Shown one piece after another: positions 30,341 to 39,541 of a stretch of DNA of 64,000 bases (the first letter of the stretch is position 1; the number at the start of each line of letters is the position of its first letter). The notes beneath the pieces were generated by a model. It saw nothing but the letters and a program-made list of their open reading frames with translations, had not been told where the DNA came from and ran no database searches. The position numbers and the translations under genes were made by a program. Source of the stretch: Actinomycetota bacterium (GTDB lineage Bacteria; Actinomycetota; Humimicrobiia; Humimicrobiales; Humimicrobiaceae); assembly GCA_051744345.1 (NCBI GenBank), contig JBNJCW010000001.1, forward strand, positions 9,498 through 73,497, given 5' to 3'.

Positions 30341-32740
30341 ATGAATAAAAAAAATCTATATGCTGAAGTAATATTAAGTCTGGAAAGTCTGGAGCTGGAC
30401 CATCCGTTTGATTACCTTATCCCTGAAAAGCTGGTCAAGGAAGTATCCACAGGCTCCATAGTCCTGGTACCTTTTAGGTCCCGTCAGGAAACAGGGTATG
30501 TGGTTAGGGTTAAAACTGCCACAAGGATAGCTCCCAGGCAAATAAAGGAAATAAAGCAGATTGTAATAGGCACCCCCATCTTTAACCAGGACAGGCTCAA
30601 GCTCATATACTGGATGTCTTTTTATTACATGCAGCCTTTGGGAAGCGTGGCCAGGCTTTTCCTTCCCCCCGGGGGAAAGATAAAAACAGAAAGGGCATGG
30701 GTTCCAGTAAAAGAGGATGCAGCCGGGCACCTGGACTTGACCTTCCCTCTGAGGGTCAGCAAAGCAGAAAAAAACCCCGGGCTAAAGCTTAAGCTGGACA
30801 GTCTTGAAAAAAAGGGGCACATACGCTGCGTCTATGTCCTCACCAAACCCGGGGCAAAACTAAGGTATGAGGATATTATCCACATAAACCATAAGCGTTT
30901 AGAGGAGCTGAAATCAGGGATTAACTGGAAAAAAAATGCTGCGCAGAAAAGAATTATAGAGTATCTGCAGAAGCAGGGTCCGTGCCCCAGAAGGAAGGTG
31001 CTAAAGGAGTCAAAGTCAAGTTACGGAAGCTTAAGGCCCCTTGTAGATAAAAGTATTCTGGTTATAAAAAAAGAAAGGCTTAAAAGGAGCTTCAGGTATG
31101 AAAGCCTTGAAGAGGAAGAAGAGTTTACCCCCAACCCTTACCAGGAAAAATGTCTGAAAAAAATAATCGATAAAATAGATAGGGAAAAATTCGGCGCTTT
31201 CTTGATTGAAGGGATTGCGGGAAGCGGAAAGACCAAAGTATATATAGATGCCTGCCGCGAAGTATTAAAAAAAGGCAAAAGGGCGCTTGTTTTAACCCCG
31301 GAGATTTCCCTCACCCCACAGCTTTTTGGCAGGTTTGAAAAAGAATTCAAAGGTGAGGTATCCATATACCATTCCAATATGGGTATTGCTGAACGCTATG
31401 AAAACTGGATAGAGATTGGGCAAGGCAGCTACAAGGTGGTAATCGGAACCAGATCTGCTGTTTTTACTCCCATTAAGGATTTGGGCATTATAATCCTGGA
31501 TGAGGAGCATGATCCCTCTTACAAGGAGAATTCAAAAGTCAGGTATAATACCCAGGATGTGGCCTTGAGGCTGGGAAAAATATTGAACATACCGGTAGTG
31601 TTTGGAAGTGCTACCCCTTCTGTTTGTTCAAGGTATAAGTCAGAGCATGATAGTGATTTTGAGCTATTGAAGATACCAGTAAAGGCCAGCCCTTCCCCGG
31701 ATGCCCAAAAGGAAGCTATAGACTTGCGGAAGCTGGATTCCTTTAAACAGAGCTCTGTTATATCCAACCGGCTGCATGCAGCCATAAAAGAAGAAATTGA
31801 CAGAAAAAACAAGGTAATAATTTTTCTGAACAAAAGGGGCTACAGCAATTTTGTCATATGCAATTCATGTGGAAATGTACCCAAATGCCCGGCCTGCAAC
31901 CTTTCCTTCAAGTACCATATAGGGCCCAACCTGCTCCGCTGTCACCACTGCGGGAGGGAGATGGCATTCAGCAAAAAATGCATAAAATGCGGAAAAGACA
32001 ATATAGTTTTAAAAGGCACCGGTATACAGAGGGTTGAAAGGCAGCTGAATCTAAGGTTTGAGGACGTGCCGGTTATAAGGATGGACTCGGATGTTACCAC
32101 TTCAAGAAAGTCACATCAGAAAATACTTAACCAGTTTATTTCTTGTTCGCCGGCTATACTGCTGGGCACACAGATGATAGCCAAGGGACTGGATATAGGG
32201 GATGTTACCCTGGTGGGTATAATCAATGCCGATTCGATGCTTGAATTGCCCGATTATCATATGTATGAAAGGGCCTATCAGCTTATCTGCCAGGTAGCCG
32301 GAAGAGCAGGGAGAAAAGACAAGAAGGGGAGGGTTCTCATTCAAACCTATAATCCGCAGCATGAGGTAATAAGGTGTTTTCTAAAAGAAAGTTATGAGAG
32401 CTTTTATGCTATGGAGCTGGATAACAGGAAAGAGCTTTCCTACCCTCCATATTCTAATATAATAAATATAATAGTGTCAGGGACCAGGGAGGAAAAAGTT
32501 AAACAGGATTGCCAAAAATTCTTTACAGAAGCAGGCAAAATAATTAAAATTGATGATAGCCTGTTAGGTCCGGCACCTTCACCTTTTTACCGGATTAACC
32601 GTTATTACCGGTGGCATGTTATAATTAAAACCGGCCACATAAACAGGACCATTGCAAGGCTAAACAAGCTTATTAAAAGCTTCAGGAAGGATGAAGGGAA
32701 TAAACTTATAGTAGATGTGGATCCTGCCTGGATACTATAA
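30341..32740 (+). CDS. priA: Primosomal protein N' (replication restart helicase)
   Basis: Walker A GIAGSGKT, DEEH box and a Cys4-Cys4 zinc-binding insertion, 799 aa. Confidence 0.9.
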   Translation: MNKKNLYAEVILSLESLELDHPFDYLIPEKLVKEVSTGSIVLVPFRSRQETGYVVRVKTATRIAPRQIKEIKQIVIGTPIFNQDRLKLIYWMSFYYMQPLGSVARLFLPPGGKIKTERAWVPVKEDAAGHLDLTFPLRVSKAEKNPGLKLKLDSLEKKGHIRCVYVLTKPGAKLRYEDIIHINHKRLEELKSGINWKKNAAQKRIIEYLQKQGPCPRRKVLKESKSSYGSLRPLVDKSILVIKKERLKRSFRYESLEEEEEFTPNPYQEKCLKKIIDKIDREKFGAFLIEGIAGSGKTKVYIDACREVLKKGKRALVLTPEISLTPQLFGRFEKEFKGEVSIYHSNMGIAERYENWIEIGQGSYKVVIGTRSAVFTPIKDLGIIILDEEHDPSYKENSKVRYNTQDVALRLGKILNIPVVFGSATPSVCSRYKSEHDSDFELLKIPVKASPSPDAQKEAIDLRKLDSFKQSSVISNRLHAAIKEEIDRKNKVIIFLNKRGYSNFVICNSCGNVPKCPACNLSFKYHIGPNLLRCHHCGREMAFSKKCIKCGKDNIVLKGTGIQRVERQLNLRFEDVPVIRMDSDVTTSRKSHQKILNQFISCSPAILLGTQMIAKGLDIGDVTLVGIINADSMLELPDYHMYERAYQLICQVAGRAGRKDKKGRVLIQTYNPQHEVIRCFLKESYESFYAMELDNRKELSYPPYSNIINIIVSGTREEKVKQDCQKFFTEAGKIIKIDDSLLGPAPSPFYRINRYYRWHVIIKTGHINRTIARLNKLIKSFRKDEGNKLIVDVDPAWIL

Positions 32741-32755
32741 ACGGATGGAAAAATT

Positions 32756-33262
32756 ATGGCATTGAGAAAAATAAGGGTACTTGGAGACCCGGTATTAAGG
32801 GAAAAAAGCCAGTTGGTGGAAAAAATTGATGAAAGCATCATTGGCCTGGCCAATGATTTGATTGATTCTATAAATTGTGGGTATCAGCCCGGGGTTGGGC
32901 TGGCAGCGCCGCAGATAGGGGTTTCCAGGAGGGTTATTGTATTAAATTATGAAGGGGATATTGAGACCTACATTAATCCCCGCATAGAGGTTTTGGATTC
33001 CGGCCAGGAAACCGAAGAAGAGGGATGCTTGAGCATACCCAACCTAAGGGCAGAGGTAAAAAGAGCCAGTAAAATAAGGTTTACGGCCTTAAAATTGGAC
33101 GGCGGGGAGGTAAAAATTGAGGCTGAAGGCATGCAGGCAAGGATATTCCAACATGAGGTAGACCATCTGGAAGGCCTGTTGTTTATTGACAGGGTAGATA
33201 AGAAAACAAAAAGAAGGCTTATAATGGAGTACAGCCAGCAGGGCAAGGAAAAGGTTGATTGA
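32756..33262 (+). CDS. def: Peptide deformylase
   Basis: GVGLAAPQIG, EGCLSIP and QHEVDHLEG motifs. Confidence 0.9.
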   Translation: MALRKIRVLGDPVLREKSQLVEKIDESIIGLANDLIDSINCGYQPGVGLAAPQIGVSRRVIVLNYEGDIETYINPRIEVLDSGQETEEEGCLSIPNLRAEVKRASKIRFTALKLDGGEVKIEAEGMQARIFQHEVDHLEGLLFIDRVDKKTKRRLIMEYSQQGKEKVD

Positions 33263-34199
33263 GATGAATTTGGTTTTTTTGGGCTCTTCAGCTTTTTCGG
33301 TTCCTTTTCTTGATTCGCTTTATTGTTCTGTCCATAATATACCATTGGTTATCACCAATCCCGATGCCCCGGCGGGTAGGGGAAAGAAACTCAGACCCAA
33401 TCCGGTAAAGATAAAAGCGATGGACTTAAACATACGGGTGGTTGAAGCTACAATCATTGATGACAGCATAATGAGGGCTTTAGCAATGGAGGATTTGGAT
33501 GGAGCGGTGGTGGTTTCATTTGGAAAGATACTGCCGGAGGAGTTCCTTGTTTATTTTCATGGACAGTGCATTAATATACACCCCTCGCTGCTTCCAGAAT
33601 ACCGGGGCCCTACTCCCATAACTTCGGTTCTTGAAAATGGTGAAAAGCTGACCGGTATCTCCATCATGAAAATGAGTCCTGAGATGGATGCAGGCCCTGT
33701 CTATGTCCAGGCAAAGTTCGGGATAGGAGAGGATGATAATAAAGACAGCCTTGAAGAAAAGATGATAAGGATTGGGAGCAGTTTGCTGGAGACGACCCTA
33801 AACCTTATTGAAGACAGGAGTCTTGAGCCTTTTCTGCAGAATGAAGAAGGAGCCACCTATACCAAATTAACTGATAAAAAGGATTTAAGGCTGAACTGGT
33901 CGGAGGCAGCAGAAAAAATCGCTAACCGGATCAGGGCTTACAGTTCTATGCCGGGCTGTTACAGTTTCTATAAAGGCAAGAGAGTTAAACTACTGAAAGC
34001 AAAAGCTGTCCCGTGGAAAAAAGACAGTAATATTGCTCCGGGTACTGTAGCAGGGGTTGATAAACAGAAAGGTTTCTTTATAAAATGCGGCAGCAGTGCT
34101 CTTTTGGTAGAGATTTTACAGCCGGCAGGCAAAAAACCTTTAAGTTCAGTTGCTTTTCTAAACGGGTATAAACTCAAGCCTGGTGAGAAGTTTGAATGA
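33255..34199 (+). CDS. fmt: Methionyl-tRNA formyltransferase
   Basis: VFLGSSAFSV and INIHPSLLPEYRG motifs. The start may be the ATG at 33264. Confidence 0.9.
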   Translation: MIEMNLVFLGSSAFSVPFLDSLYCSVHNIPLVITNPDAPAGRGKKLRPNPVKIKAMDLNIRVVEATIIDDSIMRALAMEDLDGAVVVSFGKILPEEFLVYFHGQCINIHPSLLPEYRGPTPITSVLENGEKLTGISIMKMSPEMDAGPVYVQAKFGIGEDDNKDSLEEKMIRIGSSLLETTLNLIEDRSLEPFLQNEEGATYTKLTDKKDLRLNWSEAAEKIANRIRAYSSMPGCYSFYKGKRVKLLKAKAVPWKKDSNIAPGTVAGVDKQKGFFIKCGSSALLVEILQPAGKKPLSSVAFLNGYKLKPGEKFE

Positions 34200-35571
34200 A
34201 AACAACAGCCGGCTGGTAGCATATCATATAATAAGGCAATACCTGGATACAAAAAAACCCCTAAAGCAAATAATATACAGGCATCTGGATGCTTCAATCT
34301 CAAGGATAGACCGCAATTTCATATACAATATGGCCAAAGGCACTATAAGGTACCTCATGTTTTTTGACTATGGCATCAGCCTGTTTTCCAATAAAAACAT
34401 TGGAAAAATTGACCCTGAGGTCCTGGCCATATTAAGGCTTGCTGCCTACCAGCTTATGTTTATGGCAAAGGTTCCCTCTTATTCTATTGTAGACCAGGCT
34501 GTGGAGATGACCAAGAAACTGGTTAATCCGGGAGCTGCCAAGTTTGTAAATGCTTTGCTGAGGAAGATGAGCCAAAAAGATGAGCTGAAAAACTATGTTT
34601 TTAACAAGATTTTAACCTCCGGATACAGGCAGGAAAAAAGAATAAGCCTGGCCTATTCATATCCCCAGTGGCTGGTTACATACTGGGCCGGATTTTACGG
34701 AATAAAGGAGACTGAAAAACTCTGCGATTCCCTTAACCGTAACCCCTGTCTGTTTTTAAGGATTAATTCAGGCAAGGTAGACCGGGGGCAGGTGTTAAGG
34801 ATTTTAGGTATAAACGAAGACCAAAAAGAGATGTGTACAGATTTGCCTGAATCTCTATCAAAAATCAATTTCAGGCTCTCCTCTTTGGGAGAGGTTGGAA
34901 ACAGCAGCCTAATAAAGGAAGGATTGGCAGGCATACAGGATCTCTCTTCCCAGATTGCGGTAAGATATTTCCTTGATCCCGGGCCGGGGGATAGCATACT
35001 GGATGTATGTGCAGCTCCCGGGGGAAAAACAATGTTTGCCTATGAGCTAATGAAGGGGGAGGGTTCCATAACCTCGGTAGATATCAGTATCGGCAAAGCA
35101 AAAAAGATGGAGAAGAATTTAAAAAAGTATGGCGCCGGTAATGTAAAAATTGTAGTTGATGATGCCACCCGGCTGGACAAACTAAATAAAGGCATGCTGT
35201 TTGACAAGATCCTTATAGACGCACCCTGCAGCGCACTGGGCACCATCTCTAAAAACCCGGATGTTAAATACAATAAGAGAAAAGAGGATATGGGCAGGTT
35301 AGCTTCCAATTCACTAAAAATATTGGACAGCTCTGTGCGCTTTCTTAAGCCGGGAGGGGAAATAACCTATTACACCTGCACGCTTTCTCCAGTAGAAAAC
35401 CAGCAGGTAATAGAAAAATTCATAAAGGAAAATCCTGCTTATTCGGTCTGCAATAATATCTCCGGGGAGCTGAAAAATATCGCTGCCTCAAAGTATATGG
35501 AAATAAAACCTTATTATTTTGGCAGTGAGGGCGGATTTGCATGCACGCTCAGAAAAGCGGGTAAGCCTTAA
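34183..35571 (+). CDS. rsmB: 16S rRNA (cytosine967-C5)-methyltransferase RsmB (Sun) with N-terminal NusB-like domain
   Basis: DAPCSALGT and the PCT..S catalytic Cys region. GTG or TTG start at 34183 or 34192. Confidence 0.85.
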   Translation: MRSLNENNSRLVAYHIIRQYLDTKKPLKQIIYRHLDASISRIDRNFIYNMAKGTIRYLMFFDYGISLFSNKNIGKIDPEVLAILRLAAYQLMFMAKVPSYSIVDQAVEMTKKLVNPGAAKFVNALLRKMSQKDELKNYVFNKILTSGYRQEKRISLAYSYPQWLVTYWAGFYGIKETEKLCDSLNRNPCLFLRINSGKVDRGQVLRILGINEDQKEMCTDLPESLSKINFRLSSLGEVGNSSLIKEGLAGIQDLSSQIAVRYFLDPGPGDSILDVCAAPGGKTMFAYELMKGEGSITSVDISIGKAKKMEKNLKKYGAGNVKIVVDDATRLDKLNKGMLFDKILIDAPCSALGTISKNPDVKYNKRKEDMGRLASNSLKILDSSVRFLKPGGEITYYTCTLSPVENQQVIEKFIKENPAYSVCNNISGELKNIAASKYMEIKPYYFGSEGGFACTLRKAGKP

Positions 35572-35759
35572 ACCACCTTTTTTACTTTATTGGATTTAAG
35601 GCACCTTGAGCATATATTTATATTCTTAACCTTGCCGCCGATTTCTGCTTTTATCTTCTGTATATTAGGCTTAAAAACCCTTCTTGTTTTTTTATGGGAA
35701 TGGCTTACATTATTGCCAAACATCGGGCCTTTCCCACATACATAACATTTGCCGGACAT
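35568..35759 (-). CDS. rpmB: 50S ribosomal protein L28
   Basis: [34 protein letters not shown] matches L28. GGAGA RBS. The ORF-track N-terminal extension to 35834 is rejected. Candidate promoter TTGATA-17-TATATT upstream on the minus strand. Confidence 0.85.
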   Translation of the reverse strand: MSGKCYVCGKGPMFGNNVSHSHKKTRRVFKPNIQKIKAEIGGKVKNINICSRCLKSNKVKKVV

Positions 35760-35975
35760 CTGCTGTCTCCTGATATATAAAATTGTCAAATTTAGGACAG
35801 ATAGAAATATAGCATTATATTTTTTAATTATCAAGAAAAAGTAATTTTTGCAGGAAACTATTTTTTAAAAAAATAGTCAATAACATTGCGGATAGTGAAC
35901 ATATTCTATTATTATTGTATACTTGTTTATTGAATTATCTAAGTAATGTAATAAAAATACAAAGGTGAAAGTTTA

Positions 35976-37682
35976 ATGTATGGGAAGCTAGACAGGGATG
36001 CAGTAAAAAAAACATTAGATATTATGCTGGAAACCTTCAAGCAGTCAGAAGAAAATATAAATAACCTAAATGTTTTTCCGGTACCGGATGGAGATACAGG
36101 CACCAATATGCTGCTTACCTTAAAAGCAATTACCGAGGAAATTAATAAGCTAAAAAGCTACAGCCTAAAAAACCTGTCAGAATCAGCTTCCTTCGGTGCC
36201 CTTATGGGTGCAAGAGGCAATTCAGGGGTTATATTGTCACAAATCCTGAAAGGGTTCTTCGACATTATAATGGAACAGGAGGAGCTTGATTTGAATATTT
36301 TAAGGAATGCGCTGGCCTCATCCAGGGAGCTGGCTTACAGCTCGGTACAGAACCCTACAGAAGGAACCATGCTTACCACCATCAAAGATATTCATCAGCT
36401 GGTGGAAGAAATGGCAAATGGAGACGGAGACAGTATAGACTTTTCCAGCTTAATGGATGATATTATCCAGGAAACAGAAAAATCAGTTACCAGAACAACA
36501 TACCTTTTGCCGGTGCTCAAACAGGCAGATGTGGTGGATGCGGGTGCAAAAGGGCTCCTGGTTATAATAAAGGGCTTAAGAAAAGCCCTGCAGGAGATGG
36601 ATGCCATAAAAGGCAGCCTGGTTAAGAGAAAGGGCAAAGAAAAGGCAGTAGCTTCCAGCACAAAAGAAAAAGAACCCCAAAATGCTGCGGTTAACCGTGG
36701 GGAAAACCCCGCCGAGGAATACAGGAATCTGGGGGAGCTGAATGTTTCTTCTGATATAAAATATACTTATTGTACCGAACTTATAGTAAAAGGGGATGGT
36801 ATTAATGTTGAAAGGCTCAAGGAAGCTATTGGAAGTTATGGAGACAGCGCGATGGTGGTAGGGGATAAAAAGCTGGTTAAGATACATGTTCACACCAACC
36901 ATCCCCATAAGGTGCTGCAGAGGTCCCTGAAGGAAGGCACCCTGCATGACATACAGATAAATAATATGGTAGAGCAGAGCAAGCAGGCAAAGGTAGGAGA
37001 AGGCAGGGAGGAAGAGAAGCCGGTTAAAAAAACCAGCATAATGGCGGTGGCTAACGGCGAAGGGCTTTCAGAGATATTTAAAAGTATCGGCACAGACTAT
37101 ATTATTAGCGGTGGCCAGACCATGAATCCTTCAACCTATGACCTGGTGAAGGCAATAAATAATATAAAGGCAGACCGGGTTATAATATTTCCCAATAATA
37201 AAAATATAGTCCCCACTTCCAAGCAGGCAAAAAGGATAGCCAAGAATGAGGTAGTGATAATACCCTCTGAAACAATAGTGCAGGGAATAGCAGCGCTGCT
37301 GAACTTCAACCCTGACCTGGAACTTGATGAAAACATCCATAATATGAATGAAGCCATAAAAACGGTTAAGAGCGGAGAGGTTACCGTAGCTGTAAGGGAT
37401 GCCAACCTGGTGGTTGGGGAGATTAAAAAGGGTGAGTATATCGGTTTGCATGATGGTAAGGTAAGGGTGATTTCAGATAATGTTGTAGATGCTACCCTTG
37501 ACCTTGTAAGGGATATGATTGACGGAGAAGAGGAAGTTCTAACCTTTTATACGGGAAAAGACAGCAAGAAAGAAGAAAGTGAGAGGATAAAGGAAAGGAT
37601 TGGCAAAAATTTTCCCGACCTGGAGATAGAATTCCACAACGGCGGACAGCCTTTATACCCATACATATTTTCTATAGAATAA
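35976..37682 (+). CDS. yloV: DAK2 domain fusion protein YloV (dihydroxyacetone kinase-like)
   Basis: DGDTGTNM Dak2 motif at the N-terminus, 568 aa. Divergent from rpmB as in Bacillus. Confidence 0.85.
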   Translation: MYGKLDRDAVKKTLDIMLETFKQSEENINNLNVFPVPDGDTGTNMLLTLKAITEEINKLKSYSLKNLSESASFGALMGARGNSGVILSQILKGFFDIIMEQEELDLNILRNALASSRELAYSSVQNPTEGTMLTTIKDIHQLVEEMANGDGDSIDFSSLMDDIIQETEKSVTRTTYLLPVLKQADVVDAGAKGLLVIIKGLRKALQEMDAIKGSLVKRKGKEKAVASSTKEKEPQNAAVNRGENPAEEYRNLGELNVSSDIKYTYCTELIVKGDGINVERLKEAIGSYGDSAMVVGDKKLVKIHVHTNHPHKVLQRSLKEGTLHDIQINNMVEQSKQAKVGEGREEEKPVKKTSIMAVANGEGLSEIFKSIGTDYIISGGQTMNPSTYDLVKAINNIKADRVIIFPNNKNIVPTSKQAKRIAKNEVVIIPSETIVQGIAALLNFNPDLELDENIHNMNEAIKTVKSGEVTVAVRDANLVVGEIKKGEYIGLHDGKVRVISDNVVDATLDLVRDMIDGEEEVLTFYTGKDSKKEESERIKERIGKNFPDLEIEFHNGGQPLYPYIFSIE

Positions 37683-37699
37683 TAAACCGGTGGTAAGAA

Positions 37700-38251
37700 A
37701 TTAGAATAATTTCCGGCAAGTTTAAAGGCAGAAAACTAAAGATTCCTTCAAGCCTGGATATAAGGCCCACCCAGGACCGGGTAAAAGAGAGTATTTTCAA
37801 TGTTATAGGTAGAGATATATGCGGAAAGAAGGTGCTGGACCTGTTTGCAGGAAGTGGTTCGCTGGGCCTGGAATCTTTAAGCAGGGGAGCCCAGTTAGTC
37901 TATTTTACCGACAGAAGCCTTAAAGCAGTAAAACTTATAAGGTATAATATTAATAGTTTCCATATCGGCAGCAATAATTATAAAATAATTAGGGAAGATG
38001 CAGTAAGATTTCTGGAGAAGTTCACCGATATCAGGTGGGATATTGTTTTTGTAGACCCTCCATACAGGGTGGCAGAGGGGGTTATGGAAAAAGTCTTTGA
38101 AAGGCTGGCTGAAAAAAGGGTAACTTCTTCCCGGACACTTATTGTCTATCAGTATTTTTTTAAAAAAAATATAGACCTGGAAATAAAAAAGCTTAATATA
38201 GTAAAAGAATCTTCTTTCGGGGACAAGAAGGTCACATATTTAACACCTTAA
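37700..38251 (+). CDS. rsmD: 16S rRNA (guanine966-N2)-methyltransferase RsmD; no in-frame ATG/GTG/TTG start (probable ATT start)
   Basis: The frame is open from 37697. Translation (I)RIISGKFKGRKLKIPSSLDIRPTQDRVKESIFN...LDLFAGSGSLG matches the RsmD N-terminus. The ORF-track GTG at 37832 would delete about 44 conserved residues. Confidence 0.75.
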   Translation: MRIISGKFKGRKLKIPSSLDIRPTQDRVKESIFNVIGRDICGKKVLDLFAGSGSLGLESLSRGAQLVYFTDRSLKAVKLIRYNINSFHIGSNNYKIIREDAVRFLEKFTDIRWDIVFVDPPYRVAEGVMEKVFERLAEKRVTSSRTLIVYQYFFKKNIDLEIKKLNIVKESSFGDKKVTYLTP

Positions 38252-38263
38252 AGAAAGGGCTTT

Positions 38264-38758
38264 ATGGAAAAGATTGCAATCTGCCCCGGCACATATGACC
38301 CTATAACCGAAGGACACAGGGATATAATAGTCAGGTGTTCAAAGATATTTTACCGGGTTATAGTAGCGGTTTCCAATAACAGGAGGAAAAGGCCCCTTTA
38401 TTCTGTGGAAAAAAGGATTCATTTTGTAAAGAAGGCTCTTGGTAATATGGAGCGGGTACAGGTTTTGGCTTTTGACCAGCTGCTGGTGGAACTGGCCAGG
38501 GAGGTTAATGCCAGGGTCATTGTAAAAGGCCTTAGGGCAATATCGGATTTTGAATATGAATTTCAAATGGCCCAGATAAATAAAAAGCTAAACCGGGAGG
38601 CGGAGACCATGTTTCTTATGACCAACCCCAAATATGCATACTTAAGTTCCAGCGCAGTAAAGGAAATAGCGGCATTAGGGGGTTGCATTAAAGGCCTGGT
38701 TCCTCCTGAAATTGAGGGTGAGATAATCAATTCTTTTAAAAACAATAAATTTGATTAA
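38264..38758 (+). CDS. coaD: Phosphopantetheine adenylyltransferase
   Basis: AICPGTYDPITEGHRDII nucleotidyltransferase motif, 164 aa. Confidence 0.9.
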   Translation: MEKIAICPGTYDPITEGHRDIIVRCSKIFYRVIVAVSNNRRKRPLYSVEKRIHFVKKALGNMERVQVLAFDQLLVELAREVNARVIVKGLRAISDFEYEFQMAQINKKLNREAETMFLMTNPKYAYLSSSAVKEIAALGGCIKGLVPPEIEGEIINSFKNNKFD

Positions 38759-38777
38759 GGAAAATGGAGTGTGAGGT

Positions 38778-39236
38778 ATGGATGCTTTGGAAATGATAGA
38801 TAAGATTGAGGAAATGGTGGAAAAGAGTAAGAAACTTCCCTTCTCGTCAAATGCCATAATCAATGAGAATGAAATATACGATCTGCTTGATGAGCTCCGC
38901 AGCGTTTTACCGGAAGAGCTTAAGCAGGCAAGGTGGATTGTAAAGGAAAGGGAGGGAATGATAGAAGAGGCAAAAAGGCAGTCTTTAAGCATAGTAAAAG
39001 AAGCCGAAGAAAGGGGCAGAACCCTGGTTAGCGAAACAGAGGTTTTAAAGAACGCAAACAAGAAAGCCGAAGAACTTATGGCAATGGTTGAAGCCAAGGC
39101 CAGGACCATAAGGCTTGAGGCTGAGGATTACGCAGATGAAAAACTGGCTAATCTGGAAGCAGTCCTGCATAAACTCCTGTCTGCGGTAGAGAAGGGCAGG
39201 GAGCAATTCAAGGCTACCCTCAAGTCAGAAAACTAA
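38778..39236 (+). CDS. Hypothetical coiled-coil protein (ATPase b/E-subunit-like or DivIVA-like low-complexity helix)
   Basis: 152 aa, predominantly a charged heptad-like helix. It occupies the position upstream of rpmF where a YceD/DUF177 gene is usual. Confidence 0.5.
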   Translation: MDALEMIDKIEEMVEKSKKLPFSSNAIINENEIYDLLDELRSVLPEELKQARWIVKEREGMIEEAKRQSLSIVKEAEERGRTLVSETEVLKNANKKAEELMAMVEAKARTIRLEAEDYADEKLANLEAVLHKLLSAVEKGREQFKATLKSEN

Positions 39237-39327
39237 GATTGAATTAATAATTTTTTATGTTATAGTATTATGTTTGTTTGTGCTTATAACAAGTTTGTAA
39301 CATTTCATACTAGGAGGTATTAATAAA

Positions 39328-39516
39328 ATGGCGGTTCCTAAAAGAAGGACAAGCAGCAGCAAAAGGGATAAGCGGAGGAGCCACGATGGTTTAAAGGCTG
39401 TAAATATAGTAGATTGTCCCCGTTGCCACAGCAAGAAACTGGCACATCATGTGTGTGAAAGTTGCGGGTATTACAATAATCAGGAAATAATAGAATTGGA
39501 AACAGAGAAAAAATAA
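39328..39516 (+). CDS. rpmF: 50S ribosomal protein L32
   Basis: MAVPKRRTSSSKRDKRRSH... with a CPRCH..CESCG zinc ribbon. GGAGG RBS. Confidence 0.9.
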   Translation: MAVPKRRTSSSKRDKRRSHDGLKAVNIVDCPRCHSKKLAHHVCESCGYYNNQEIIELETEKK

Positions 39517-39541
39517 TATATTTTTATGTAACTGGAGGTAG

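Noticed and set aside
35760-35834. N-terminal extension of the rpmB ORF ([13 protein letters not shown]...).
   Set aside because: The L28 homology and a GGAGA RBS define the ATG at 35759. The extension is hydrophobic junk that overlaps the divergent promoter region.
37832-38251. ORF-track GTG start for rsmD at 37832.
   Set aside because: The upstream in-frame sequence encodes the conserved RsmD N-terminus, so the gene must begin near 37700.
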